Shown here in pieces: positions 12,704 to 24,600 of a stretch of 64,000 nucleotides of DNA. Under the pieces are notes generated by a model. That model saw nothing but the letters and a program-made list of their open reading frames with translations. It did not search any database and was not told where the DNA came from. Origin of the DNA: Macrostomum hystrix. Its lineage: Eukaryota; Animalia; Platyhelminthes. Position numbers and translations under genes: made by a program. The stretch covers positions 8,308,001 through 8,372,000 of the forward strand of contig CATNEN010000039.1 of NCBI GenBank assembly GCA_950097015.1, in the 5' to 3' direction. The first letter of the stretch is position 1, and each line of letters begins with the position of its first letter.

Positions 12704-13557
12704 CAACAAGTCATGTTAGTCCAGTTTAAAACAATTTTTTTTTCGTTGTCATAAGGCAGATGCACGACTGCACGAGGCATTGGGCGATGACAGTGTTCAA
12801 ACGTGTTATTTTTTCTCGTGTTCTCTTTATACACACATCCCTATTACACTCTATACACTACAAGATAAAGTTTATCTTTTAGTTCCAGCAAGCAAATCAC
12901 TTTATATTTGGTTTCTATGCCCGTCAAGATTTTACAGTCCTGGTTGAAATCCAGTTCACAGAAAGCCAGCAATAATTCAAAATCATTATTCGTATTGCAT
13001 TACATCTAATGTAAACAGCATTAGATGTCAGAAAAGTGTTAAAAAGTATTTTAAGCAGAGTTTTTTCTTCACCAAAACTCAAACTATAAACACGATAGCT
13101 CAGGGGTGTGCGTAACTGTCAACAGAAAATAATCAGGGTTAGTGATAAACCGAAACAATTTGCGTAGTTTGTCTATTTAGCTAAGTTCAGTCGGCTGACC
13201 CTATTATAGACGTTGAACATATATGAGCTCTAAAGAATTGATTTTTTTCTTCTTCACTTGCCCTATCTCATTCGCTTGCTCTTTGGCCTGAACGAGTCAT
13301 TCGTTCGGGGGGAGAGGGTTATAAAATTAATCAGCTAGCGAGTCACCCCGGGCCTTAGACTATCGCTCATCCAGCACCAGCGCCACAGACCACACCCCTC
13401 TATCCTAATGTACATTCCTTAACCCCCAACGCGAGGAAGGAAGTGGGTTGAAAAACTAACCCGCAGAGTGGGTGTGCTTTGTACATTCCAGCAGTGTACA
13501 TTGGTGACGTTTAGTCACTTCTCTGTCTCTCTCCGCTCAGAAGACCGCTCTACGAGA

Positions 13558-13647
13558 TATAAGCTAGGCTCTCAACTAGATGCCGTCCAGTAAGCCTTAC
13601 TGCTCCGCCCCTAGCCTACCCTAACCGATAATACTAACGCTTTGCAG
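13558..13647 (+). promoter_or_regulatory. TATA-like box, Inr-like CCAGT and branch point/3' splice site upstream of thymosin
   Basis: TATAAG 13558-13563; CCAGT 13587-13591; GTAAGC at 13590; TACTAAC 13632-13638; TTTGCAG ending at 13647. Confidence 0.6.
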
Positions 13648-13671
13648 TTCATAACCAAAAAAGCTCAAAAC

Positions 13672-14028
13672 ATGGCCGACGCTAATGCTGTGCTGTCCGA
13701 TATTAACAAGTTCAACAAGGACCAGATGAAGCATGTCGAGGTGGCTGAGAAGACCCTCCTGCCAGACAAGGACCAAGTTGAGACCGAGCGCAAGGAGGTG
13801 CAACTGCGCCAGGAGATTGAGCAGGATCACCAACTGAATCACGTGAAGGTGGAGGAAAAGGTTCAACTGCCTTCGTCTGACGACATCGCCCTGGAGCGGC
13901 AGGAGCTGCAGCTGCGCGCCGAGATCGAGAAGGAGCACTCGCTGAAGCATGTGGATCCGTGCGTGCGCAACAGCCTGCCGGACGCGGAGACCATCGCCCA
14001 GGAGAAGAAGGCGCTGGGTCAGGAGTGA
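13672..14028 (+). CDS. Multimeric (3-repeat) beta-thymosin / WH2 actin-binding protein, ciboulot-like, 118 aa
   Basis: Three beta-thymosin repeats: MKHVEVAEKTLLP, LNHVKVEEKVQLP, LKHVDPCVRNSLP..IAQEK. AAACATGG start context. Confidence 0.92.
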   Translation: MADANAVLSDINKFNKDQMKHVEVAEKTLLPDKDQVETERKEVQLRQEIEQDHQLNHVKVEEKVQLPSSDDIALERQELQLRAEIEKEHSLKHVDPCVRNSLPDAETIAQEKKALGQE

Positions 14029-14837
14029 AGCTGCTCTGATGCCTCATCCATGAACGGAGCAGCTATAGACACTGGAAGGCTTGCTTAGGCTATGTTCCTA
14101 TCTTATTAGTTCTTAACATTCTTGTAGCATTCGGTATTTATTTGATTTGTTAGCAAGTTAATTCTCATTTTGTTTAACAAAAGTATGACTGGCTTTACTG
14201 ACTGGGCTGAATTAGAATCAGATTGGCACAACCAATGGAACAGGTGGCTAAGCGTTGAAGACTCGAGACTACACAGAGAACTAAGCATTGAGCAAGGCAC
14301 CGTTTGTCACTGAAATTATTTGTTTTCCCATTTTTTTACTTTTCCTCTAGTTATAGTAGTGTAAGCCAGCATTCGCTTTATTTATTAATCGATTAATCGT
14401 AAGGGCCGTATGCAGTAATTAATACTGATACAATGCAATAATTTTGATAGTTTGTGTTGCTATAATTTTCACCTGTAATTTTCCCTAATTTTGAGCAATG
14501 AGCGCTTTGCTGCCATATCTAGATAGGATTTTGCTCCACATCTTGACTTATAGATCATTGTGAACTATCGATTGTCCCTCTGCTTCTAATCTAAAATAGC
14601 CTATAGCTGCTCCAATGATCCTTTAACAGCTCCGCATGTGGGTATTGTGCAATTTTCTACAAGCCGCACGTCGCTTATTCTTCCTTTATATACCAATCAA
14701 ATCCACCGGTTCTTTTCTAAAATACAAATGTATGCTCTTTTGATATGCGTTACATGGGCTTGGTTTGAACGCTTTCGCTATGTCCCATATCACACAAATG
14801 TACCGACCGATTTTCGCTCATTTATAAATTTCAAATA

Positions 14838-15310
14838 AGATCTCAGTGAGATCTAGGGAACTCTGGGGATCTAGGGACGCTGAGGACATCTCAGTGAGAT
14901 TTTAGAGAGTCTAAAGATCTGAGTGAGATCTATGAAGATTTCGGTGAGATCTAAGGAGATCTGAGTGAGATCTGAGTGAGATCTAAAGAGATCTGAGTGA
15001 GATCTAAGGAGATCTGAGTGAGATCTAAGGAGATCTGAGTGAGATCTAAGGAGATCTGAGTGAGATCTAAGGAGATCTGAGTGAGATCTGAGTGAGATCT
15101 AAAGAGATCTGAGTGAGATCTAAGGAGATCTGAGTGAGATCTAAGGAGATCTGAGTGAGATCTAAGGAGATCTGAGTGAGATCTAAGGAGATTTGAGTCA
15201 GATCTAAAGAGATTTGAGTCAGATCTAAAGAGATTTGAGTCAGATCTAAAGAGATAGGAGTGAGATCCAAGGAGATCTGAGTGAGATCTAAGGAGATCTC
15301 AGTGAGATCT
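14838..15310. repeat. 21-bp minisatellite (GAGATCTGAGTGAGATCTAAG)n
   Basis: Direct tandem period built from AGATCT-containing 10/11-bp subunits. Confidence 0.93.
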
Positions 15311-16078
15311 AATGAGGTCCGACAGCAACACTGCTATACGCCCAATTCTGACGTGGTGAATGATTATAAAATGGGAAAGTGTGTTTACTACGAGCGTGCA
15401 TCTGTGCTTCTGTCCTGAATGACGGTATGTAATAGCTTATTGTGCTGCGCACAGCAACAAATGCGGATGCGAGTCGCCATTCATTGAAAATTGCAGCCTG
15501 CATGCACGATGAAATTATGAATTTCTTCTGCGCAATTCTTCAGACTCAACTGAAAGCAGCGACTGAAAATTCGATTCGTTTTTTTCTGGCTAAATGCTGC
15601 ATTGCACCTGCAGCCCGAGGCCTCTAAGGGAGTTTTGATTGTGGCTTCAGATCCAGACTTGGCCTTCTTAAAGACTGAAAACGAGACTATATACCGATTA
15701 CCTATTCTTAGGGATCTATTTTGTTACAATAGTTTTTGATGAAATAAAGTGCTCGATTTTAAAGCCCGCAATGCACGTAAATTTTCGATTACAGCTGTAA
15801 CAACAAGGTGACCATATATTTACCACAGCTAAGCGTCAAATTTCAATCAGAAACTTTTCAAGGCCAAGCTGCTAATTAATTATGCATTCCTTTGACTACA
15901 GTGTATTCGAATGTCCAGCTCATTATTCAATCCTAATTGGCCTAAATATGCTAAAACTCCCCCCCCCACAACGACTGATAATAGTGCACTAAACATTTAG
16001 AGAAATATAAATTCCACCGGAAATTATTCTGCTAGCCGACACTTAATGCGAATGTACTTTCAGAGAAAGGACCTGAAT

Positions 16079-16320
16079 GGGGATGAGTGGCAGACTGGTT
16101 AACACGTTTGCCTCTCGCACCAAGGCCCCTGAGCTCGATTCCACGGTGAGGCCACATCCTTTTGGGGCGCAGCAGCGGAGAGAAGGCTGGGCGTGCAATT
16201 GACGCCGTTGAGGGCGATGCAACCTCCAAAGACGATGAAAAAGTCAGAGCAGATGTACACACATGTGTAAGCGTGTACCTGTGTACAGTATTTGTGTGAG
16301 TACCCGCTGTTCTGCATAGG
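16079..16320 (+). mobile_element. SINE family A, copy 2 (internally deleted, diverged)
   Basis: GAGTGGCAGACTGG...GAGCTCGATTCC head and family body. Confidence 0.8.
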
Positions 16321-16714
16321 CTACAGGGAAAAGAAATGCACACCACATGTATGAGTCTTTGATTTCCTTAAATAATCGATAGCACACAGTGCTGGCGGTG
16401 CATGCGATAGCCAACCATTTAATTGAAGTCACGCCCATCGTAGTAGGCCATGTCTTGTAGGCCCCGGCTAGCCCCAATGGTGAGTCATCAGCATGGGCCC
16501 AGCAACTGTGTGTATCATACCGGATCATTTTGTGTCCGGTCAAGGAAAATGTCTTTACCGCATACAGGAGTGTGGTCTGTATCGTTACCCACAGACCCCA
16601 GTCTATATGAGTGACAGCTGAAACAAGCATCGGCAAGGCTTGGACAAGCATGTACGAGCCGTATATCGTTTCCACCCACAATATACCGCAGCAAGACTAC
16701 ACAGCACAACTCAC

Positions 16715-16867
16715 CGGGAGCTGAATTTCCACCGTGACTCGCGCCTGCTTCTGCTGCCGACTTCCAGTGTCTCCGTAGCTGCTGCGCGGCAGCAAGCTGT
16801 CCGAATCGTAGTCGCGAAAGCCGTTACTGTCGCACGCTGCCTGCGACATCCGACTAGCTCGGGACAT
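16715..16867 (-). CDS. Candidate coding exon (MSRASRMSQAACD...VEIQLP), probably an alternative first exon of the Cas gene
   Basis: In-frame ATGs at 16867 and 16849, upstream acceptor at 16878-16877, GTGAGT donor at 16714 in phase 0, matching the phase-0 acceptor of the SH3 exon. CpG-rich, CCAAT-containing region at about 17100-17350. Confidence 0.5.
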
Positions 16868-17756
16868 TGTCTTTGGCTGTCGATTTTAATGCAAAATTAG
16901 CACGAGAAAAACAGAGCAATATAAACAGAATTTCGACGGCTACTTAAAATGTCTGCAAATCGGAACTTAAGAGAGTTCACTTAAAATCCTAGTTTTTTAC
17001 TTTTTTTTCTGCAAAATGCAAGGCAAATATTGTTTATGACTGTACTGCATCCCATGCAGATGAGTGTTTCGGTCAGTCGAATATCGCTTTATGAAGCTAT
17101 CAAGGTGGGGAAGCCAGGATCTGAGCCAATAGGTTGGCAGCTCGATGGAAGAGAAAAAAACGACGAAACGAAGGAAGAAAGGAACGGGGGGATATCGTAG
17201 TCGAATCGCGGATTGGGTTTGGGGTCGCGGTCGCGGGGAAGCATTGCTTCGATATGTAACTTTCGGGAGTTCGGGATATGGCTAAGGCCGCGGCCGTATA
17301 CAATGCCCCGCTGGCTAAGAGGATGGGACGCCTGTGTGAAGGTACCGAAACACATGCAATCGCTCCACAGGGAGCATTGCTAAAGATCCTATCCTATCCG
17401 GTCGGAAGTCCTAAAAAGAGCATTTTAGCCAGCACTCGCAGAGGTGAAGTTGAAGTTTCTGCCACGCTGGCATGCATGCGCGATGCACGCTAATGATGGG
17501 CGCAGAAACGAGCGCTGCACTTATAGTTGACCGAAACACAAAGCAAGAAGTGTAAAAGTGGCTGATGCGGTGCATAGACTTTTGGTTGACTTTTGCAGTA
17601 GCCCGGCATGGCAAGCACATGAATTTGGTTGGAAAACTAATCGCGCAAAATGATCGCTCGGAGCAGGCACTGCAACAACAGCACCGCTGCTGATGAAGGC
17701 AGACAATTGTGACCAGTCCTTTTCTGCCCTGATAGATGACTCTGGCAACTACCGAT

Positions 17757-18098
17757 TAATAATAATATAAATAGCTGCAGGAGGGCTGTGGGCAATCGTT
17801 CATAATTTGGTGACACTAGACCCGTAGCCAGCGAGAAGGCAATTCTGCCCATTTTGCTGATTCCTGAGCACACACTCACACAGGTGTGTACATTTGTCCT
17901 GACTTTCTCATTGTCAGGCAGTGTACACTCACTGTGCCTTGGAGGTTGGCCCTCGAGGGCGTAATTGCACGCCAAGCCCCCAAACCTTCTCTCCGCTCCG
18001 CTCTCTCTTCTCTCCATATGAATGTGGCTTCGCCGCGGAATCGAGCTCAGGGACCTCGGTGCGCGTGGCAACGCGTTAGGCGCTCTGCCACTCACCCC
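17757..18098 (-). mobile_element. SINE family A, copy 3
   Basis: Full head, body and (ATT)n tail on the minus strand. Confidence 0.9.
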
Positions 18099-18306
18099 TT
18101 GGCAGCAACCATCGTAGTCGTGCATTTATTTCAGCATGTGAGGTCCTGTTCGTGCTGTAAAACTTGCAGCTGTACAGCAGCCCATGCAGCCCATGCATGC
18201 TGTAGTGGAAATATTTTAGGGCAAAAGTCCGGATTTAAGAAATGACAAAACCGCAACAATTGAACAACCAAGGAGCAAGTTTTTTGTAAGTATATTTCAC
18301 TCACGA

Positions 18307-18992
18307 CAACAACAACAACAACAAAATACGCAAGCCCCAAACGTCAGGGAGGCGGCGTCAAATGATGCGCCGCAGAGCCAGCGCGCGAACATGGTCCGCG
18401 CCGGTGGCAGTGTCGGGCGCCCTGGCGTCGCTCAGCAGGCAGTCGACGTAGCGGCGGGTCCGAGCCTGGCCGCGCCTGAACGGGCCCTGCAGGGTGAGCA
18501 GAAGGACGTCCTGGGCGGGCTGGCGGCAGTAGCTTTCGGCCCGAATGACGTGGCCCGCTAGTCGAAGTCGTCGCTGGCGCAGGATGGTGGACGGGCGTTG
18601 CAGCTGAGCTCTCTCGTACAGAGCCTCCGTCCCGACGCTCTCGTCAGCTTGAAAGGCCGAACGGAGCAGCCCCGAGTGGGCCGAGTCCAGCTGCCGCTCC
18701 AGCGTAGCCGTCAGCGTCCACGACTCGGCGTTGTACAGCAGGACGGTCTCGATCACCGCCTGCCACAGCCGAGCCCTCTGGCGGTCAGGCAGCGCTGTGG
18801 ACTGGGGGACGGCCCGGATCGAACGGTAGGCCGCCCATGCGAGTCCTCTGCGCCCGCCGGATGTCGTCTTCCACGTTGGGCACCAGACCGCCGAGGTAAG
18901 TGAAGCGCTGGCAGCGTGCGAGCGAGATGATCTGCCCGTCTGCGCCGCGGCACGTCAGGTCCGCTGGGATGTCGGCCGGCACGGTCAGCCAC
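18307..18992 (-). mobile_element. 5'-truncated RTE-clade non-LTR retrotransposon (end of RT and C-terminus), frameshifted
   Basis: FTYLG, AWAAY, VLLYNAESWTL and RRLRLAGHVIR motifs; (TTG)n tail; 10-bp TSD TCACTCACGA at 18297-18306 and 18993-19002. Confidence 0.88.
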
Positions 18993-19094
18993 TCACTCAC
19001 GAGATTGTAAATTAATTTTGGCTTTATTGAACCACAACTGATCTGTCGCTATCGGTTGATGCATTGCAAGACGAATTGTAGCCTAGTGTCTTTG

Positions 19095-19175
19095 CAGCGA
19101 GGGTCGATCGGATACAAGACTTTAAAAGGTCGGGGGTTCGATTTCCGACACCACTGTTACTACTTGTGTCCTAAT
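19095..19175 (+). mobile_element. SINE family B head remnant
   Basis: AAGGTCGGGGGTTCGATT B-box followed by TTGTGTCCT, as in the 49330-49606 copy. Confidence 0.5.
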
Positions 19176-19775
19176 TATTTGTGCCCGCATTGTTTTACTT
19201 TACCGTGAACTGTTTAACTAAACAAAAGAATCGAGACTTTAAGAAAAGCACTCCGACAGATTCGACAATTAGTGGCTCGATTCAGTCATTGATGGCACAA
19301 AAAGCCATGCACTTTTTATTAAATGGCAAGATGGATCAAAACGAAACCGCGTGAACAAAGTCTAGGAAATATGGTAAAACATTTTCAAGGCCTACTTGGC
19401 CAAGACCGGAAACTCTATAAAAAATATACGAGCTGTAATAGACAAAGCACAGCATTTGAGATAAAAATTAATCGTGTATTTTCGCCTAGCGGCCATATGT
19501 TTATAACCTGATTTTTAATTACCTTCACAGTAAATTATTCGATGCAATTTTATAACAAAGTCTAAGAGTTTCTTTATAATCTTCTCAAGCATGTTTTCTC
19601 GTAGGCTCGTAAATTAAAAACGTATGCTTAGAATACCCCATTTTACCTGCACAAAGCCATTCTGCGTCTTCTGCGTTTGAAGATTAATCATAGCTCGTAG
19701 TTAGGAGTTTAGATTATAGAATAAAATCTGGTCAAAGTCTTGATTTAGTTTGGTGCCCTCTGATCCTATTGTTGA

Positions 19776-21652
19776 TCATTCGCCCGAAAGCTTGAAGCCA
19801 CAGACAGAATCCGTCTGCTCGGGAGTTAATGAATCCACGCCCCTCAGCAGCGCCTGTGCACTAATGATCCATTTGTGTTGCGAGTCTATGTGCTGGCTCA
19901 CAAAAGACTCAACGGAGTTCAGTCTGATCTCAACCAGGTCTATCGTACCGTCGATCTCTGCAAAAGTTTTGAAGCGTAAATAAAATTGTGCAATTTGTTT
20001 CGATGCCAATTTTCCAGCGACAACCGCAGAAGCCGGGATATTGGCAATATACTCACGATCGGAATCGATATACGTCTGCGGCGGTCCTTTCGAAAGGAAA
20101 GTTTCCTTGAACCGCTGAATGACGAACTGCACAATCTGGAAGTCGCGAGATGAATCAGCTTCACTGTCTTTAGAAGCCTCATAGCTTTCATTAAGGACGC
20201 TGACGAAGAAGTTGACGATAATGAACATGAGGAAGGAGACGTAGAACGAGAAGGCTAGCTTCGGCAGTAGTCCATTACTGCTGACTGTCTTCATGTCGAA
20301 CTTGCCCAGCATCGCAGTGAACATGGTGGACATTGTGCCTGCCGGCGAGTTAAACTCGTGCTGCACGCTGCCCAGCAGCAGGTTCATCAGCAGGCTGAAA
20401 GCAAAGAACACGACACAGAATACGACACCGAAGGAGGCCATCTGGCTGAGCGACAGTCGAAGAGTGATGAGCAGGTGCCGCAGGTTGCTGCTGAACCTGA
20501 CCAGACCCAGCAAAGATAGCTGCAGGAAAAATGTTGCTGCCCCCAGGAAGTAGTAAAAGTACTCGTTTAGCAGCAGCAGACTCCGCAGCTGAGGCCTGCC
20601 GCCGTTCACAGCAGCCTCGAGAGCAGTTCCAGTGTTGGCAGTGCGAATTCCGTAGATGACCCCAGCCGCGACCATGCACACTGCGACTCCCAAGTCCATC
20701 CAGTTCTCAAAGCTGCTCCAGAATTTGTAGAACTTCCTCAGCCGCGTGAAGAGAATGATTAGCCTAATCAGGACAACAATACCAGTAAGAATCTCTGCCA
20801 CCAGAGAGAAAACACCCACGGCTCCGACGTACCGGTAGAGACGGGTGCTCAGCAGCTGCTGGCTGACGAAGGCACCCCCGAATGGCTGCAGCTCCACTGC
20901 CATTGCCACTGAAGTGAACAGGTTGGCATCAGAATAGAATAGATCCAGCTCCACTGCCACAAAGCGAGTGTTCGAATCGAGCCAATTCAGTCCCTTCAAG
21001 TCAGAAAGGACCGCTCGGCTTTCATTGAGGCCATCTGGCAGCAGAGCCGTGAAACCACCTCCACGGTAATCGGCCAGCTTTCCGAAAAATGCTGCGCCGT
21101 CCGCTCGGTTCATGAAGGCCTGAGTGAGAAGCTCACTCGCGGAGAGGTTGCATGCCGCCTGCTCCGACCAACCGGGCGTAAAGCAGCGCGCCTCATCTTC
21201 GTCCTTGCTGCTGACCAGGCCGATGCTGACAGGTCGCCTCCGCCGCAGCTGCCGCACCGAAACACGGCTAAGTCGAAAGCCGCAGCCGTCAGCGATCAGA
21301 CGATTGGCTCCCGGCTTCGGGAAGATGGCTGGCAGGAAGCTGTTGTTGAGAACGTCGTATAGTTGGTCGACCTTGCCGGTTACTGACTCTAGGTCGGCAT
21401 ACGTGAGCTGTGACTTAAGGTTCTGGTGCAGTAAGAACGTTGTTGAGTCCAGGTTGCCATAGAAGATGCAGTACTGCAAAAATAGCAGCAGAATGGCAAG
21501 GCCGGCGTTCACAGTGCTACTGATGGCAGCTTGGCGCAGTGGGTTCCGCTTTGACCGAGACTGCAGCTCGTGCAGGTACACAACTCCCTCTGCGAGTGGT
21601 TGGGGCAGTCGCATTTGGACAAGTGACATGTGATTTCGGGATACAATGACAG
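19776..21652 (-). CDS. Polycystin terminal exon: TOP domain, six-TM polycystin cation-channel domain, C-tail
   Basis: [28 protein letters not shown], pore MLGKFD and S6 [14 protein letters not shown] motifs. Confidence 0.95.
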
Positions 21653-24600
21653 CTATTTAGCTGAACTATACGCACAAGGATGCAAAAATTTAAAAGTTTA
21701 GGTGACGTCAGCGGCATACCTCTTCTATAGATCTCATTGTAGTGCAGAACACGAACCAGCGGAGTGTGCTCGACATCGTAGTCTTTGCGGAAAATCACCA
21801 CCAGCGCGAATCCGATAAGGATTACCTGAACAGTTTATGAAAATCTATTATTCTGTGAAATTCACATCCTCTCTGCAGGTTACAATGGCATCTCGAACTG
21901 CACAAACCTTCAACGGCTGAACCAGCAGCGCTGTCTGAAAGAAGGACAGCACAAATGACAGCAGCCACTGCTGAGACTTTTCTTTTCCCCACTGCATGGC
22001 GTAGAAGACAAGAAAGACGCCAGCTCCGACCATGCTACCGAGAACCAGCGCCCAGCCAATGTACTGGCACCAGTGCGGCAGCAAGAACCGCTTAGGATTC
22101 GACAGAGCGCTCTGAGGCACCAGCGGAGTGCTGGCCGGATTGTCCGAGCGACAGTCCGCCTGTTGCATTTCCGAGCGGCCTGGCCTTCGAAATATGCCAG
22201 TCTGCAGGTGCACGGTGCGGTTCTCTTTTAAAAGCCAGTAAAGGCTTGATTTTTATGAGGTAATTTACTATTTTTACCTGATGGTTGTAGTTTTCTGAGC
22301 TAGTCGACTCGCTGGGTAAAACTGGGATGGGGGTCTGATCCCTGCTCCCTGCGTCTGGCTTGCGCTCCGATTTCAAAAAGAATATGGTGACAGCTGCAGA
22401 CCCTGGAAGGACTACGAGAGCTCCCAGGATGGACGTGACGAGAGTGTTGATCGACAGCGTGATGGGCCCGACGGTGATCATGTCGGAGGTGGACTGGCTT
22501 CCTTCACCGACGCCGTAGAACATGGCGTTGGCGATCATGGTCATGAAGAGCAGGCAGAAGCAGACTCCGAACCTCTGCAGGCGACTGAAGTTTGTGTCAG
22601 TGTCGCGTCTCACTACCGACATCCACAAGTGGTCATCCTGGAACTTTCGCTGCAGGTTAAACTTCACAAATCGCGGCTGGAATGCCAGAAGCTCCTTCGT
22701 TGCCAGCTTCACAATCACTGGAGGGTTGTAGCCAATGATGGGCTCCGTGTTGATAAAGACATACCTGCGAATCGCGAATCGAAATCACTTCTGTGAGGGC
22801 TCAATCATGCAGAAAATTGAGTGGATTAGCAGCAACAAAAAGATTGAGCAACTCACGCCGCATTGTAAAGCTGGTCAGTGATGACAATTTTTCTCAGGTT
22901 CCACGGGGCCACAGGTCGGACACCCTCCAGAACAACGCTGATTTGGGTGATGTCGCCCAGGTGCTTGGCAGTCGTCATGCAGAAATGACTGATGTCGCCA
23001 GAGAGAAAGCTCTGAAAAAACATGGTGGAAGAAGGGGTGACTGGCAGAGCGTCTAATGCGCTTGCCATGCGCACTAAGGCCCCTGAGCTCGATTCCGCGG
23101 TGAGGCCACATTAGTTTGTGGCGCAGCCGCGGAGAGAAGGCTTGGGGGCTTGTCGTGCAATTGACGCCCTTGAGGGCCAACCTCTAAGGTGCAGTGAGTG
23201 TATACTGCCTGACAATGAGAAACTCAGGACAAATGTAGACACCGTGTGTGAGCGTGTGCCTGCGTACGGTATCTGTATGAGTGTGTGCTCAGGAATCAGC
23301 GAAACGGGCAGAATTGCCTCCTCCCTTGCTGCGGGTCTAGTGCACCAAATTATGTACGATTGCCCACAGCCCTCCTGCAATTAAAAAAATGATTTTATGG
23401 TGAAAGAAGTAAAACAATAATTGTTTAATTTTAAATTCGAACATACTTGGCGAATTCCGTCAGACAGCGTTCTGTAAGTCTCCAAGTGAGTCCTACCAAA
23501 GAAGCTAATCAAAGGAGTGCCTGTAGTGCTGCAACCCTTCATTTTGTCCGTGTACACGTCGATCAGGTAGCGAAACTCGCAACCGCAATCATCCATTAGC
23601 GGCAGGTACATGAACTGCAAATTCAGTGGATTGAATGAACTGTCATTGTGACGAAGTAAAGTCAATTAGACTAGGCCTTAGAAACGCTCACTTTCTGCAA
23701 GTCCTTGCCATCGACGTGGCGGAGCCACACGGCGATGGGGATGAAGATAATCCACAGCGTGACCACCGTGGCAACAACGGCTGCGCTGTCAGCCAGCTTT
23801 CCCTGCCAGTTCTCAAACAGTGTTCCAAAGTCAATGAGATTCGGCATGATACTTAAGCCGACGCCGAAGCTGCCAAACAAGTTGCTGGTGAACCGCGGCT
23901 TGTTGGCCACCGAGTCAGGCTCTGGGCGGCAAAGATCCTCAGACGGTGTGGTCCACAATCTCAGAGTTGCATTCCACATGCTGCAGACGAAAAGCGCCAG
24001 ACCAAACTCGTAAGACAGGGACTGGTCTGGGCATGATGCGGCCGTCAGGGCACCGTTCGCCTCGCGCGCACAATCTGCGCGACCCACGCTGACATAGTAG
24101 GTCTTATTGTTCACCGCTGGTAAGTAGAATGATCCCTGACTCATATTTAGCATACTATCAACGGGTGTTGGCAGACGTCCAAGTTGCACGGACACCCTCA
24201 GCGTCTGGTTTTGGTTCAGCGGCAGCACTGTTACTTGTAAGATTCCGCGAGTAACGTTGACACTGTGGTACAATCTCAGCCAACGGTCTGTAGGAGTTGC
24301 ATTCACCAATATCCTGGAACCCGTGGCAGCTGGCAGAGAGAATGTGAATGCATCAGTGGTGCCGACTGCTCTTTTGATACGACAGCCATGTCTGCCAATT
24401 ATGAGGACAGGTGAATGGACGTTGGTGGTATTCTGCCATAGGTACGGACTGGGCCGAGAGAACAGGGCCTTCAGCGACTCGCACCCAGCTGTGCGAGGCA
24501 AGTTCACTTCACCAAAGTCTGACTCAAATGTGACGTTGTCTACTCCACTGCCATTTAGTTTGAGACCTTGTGCTGACACTGAATTGTCGGAGATGGAATA

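Noticed and set aside
8030-15270. ORFs over minisatellites ([30 protein letters not shown] etc.)
   Set aside because: Translations of tandem repeats with no splice or homology support.
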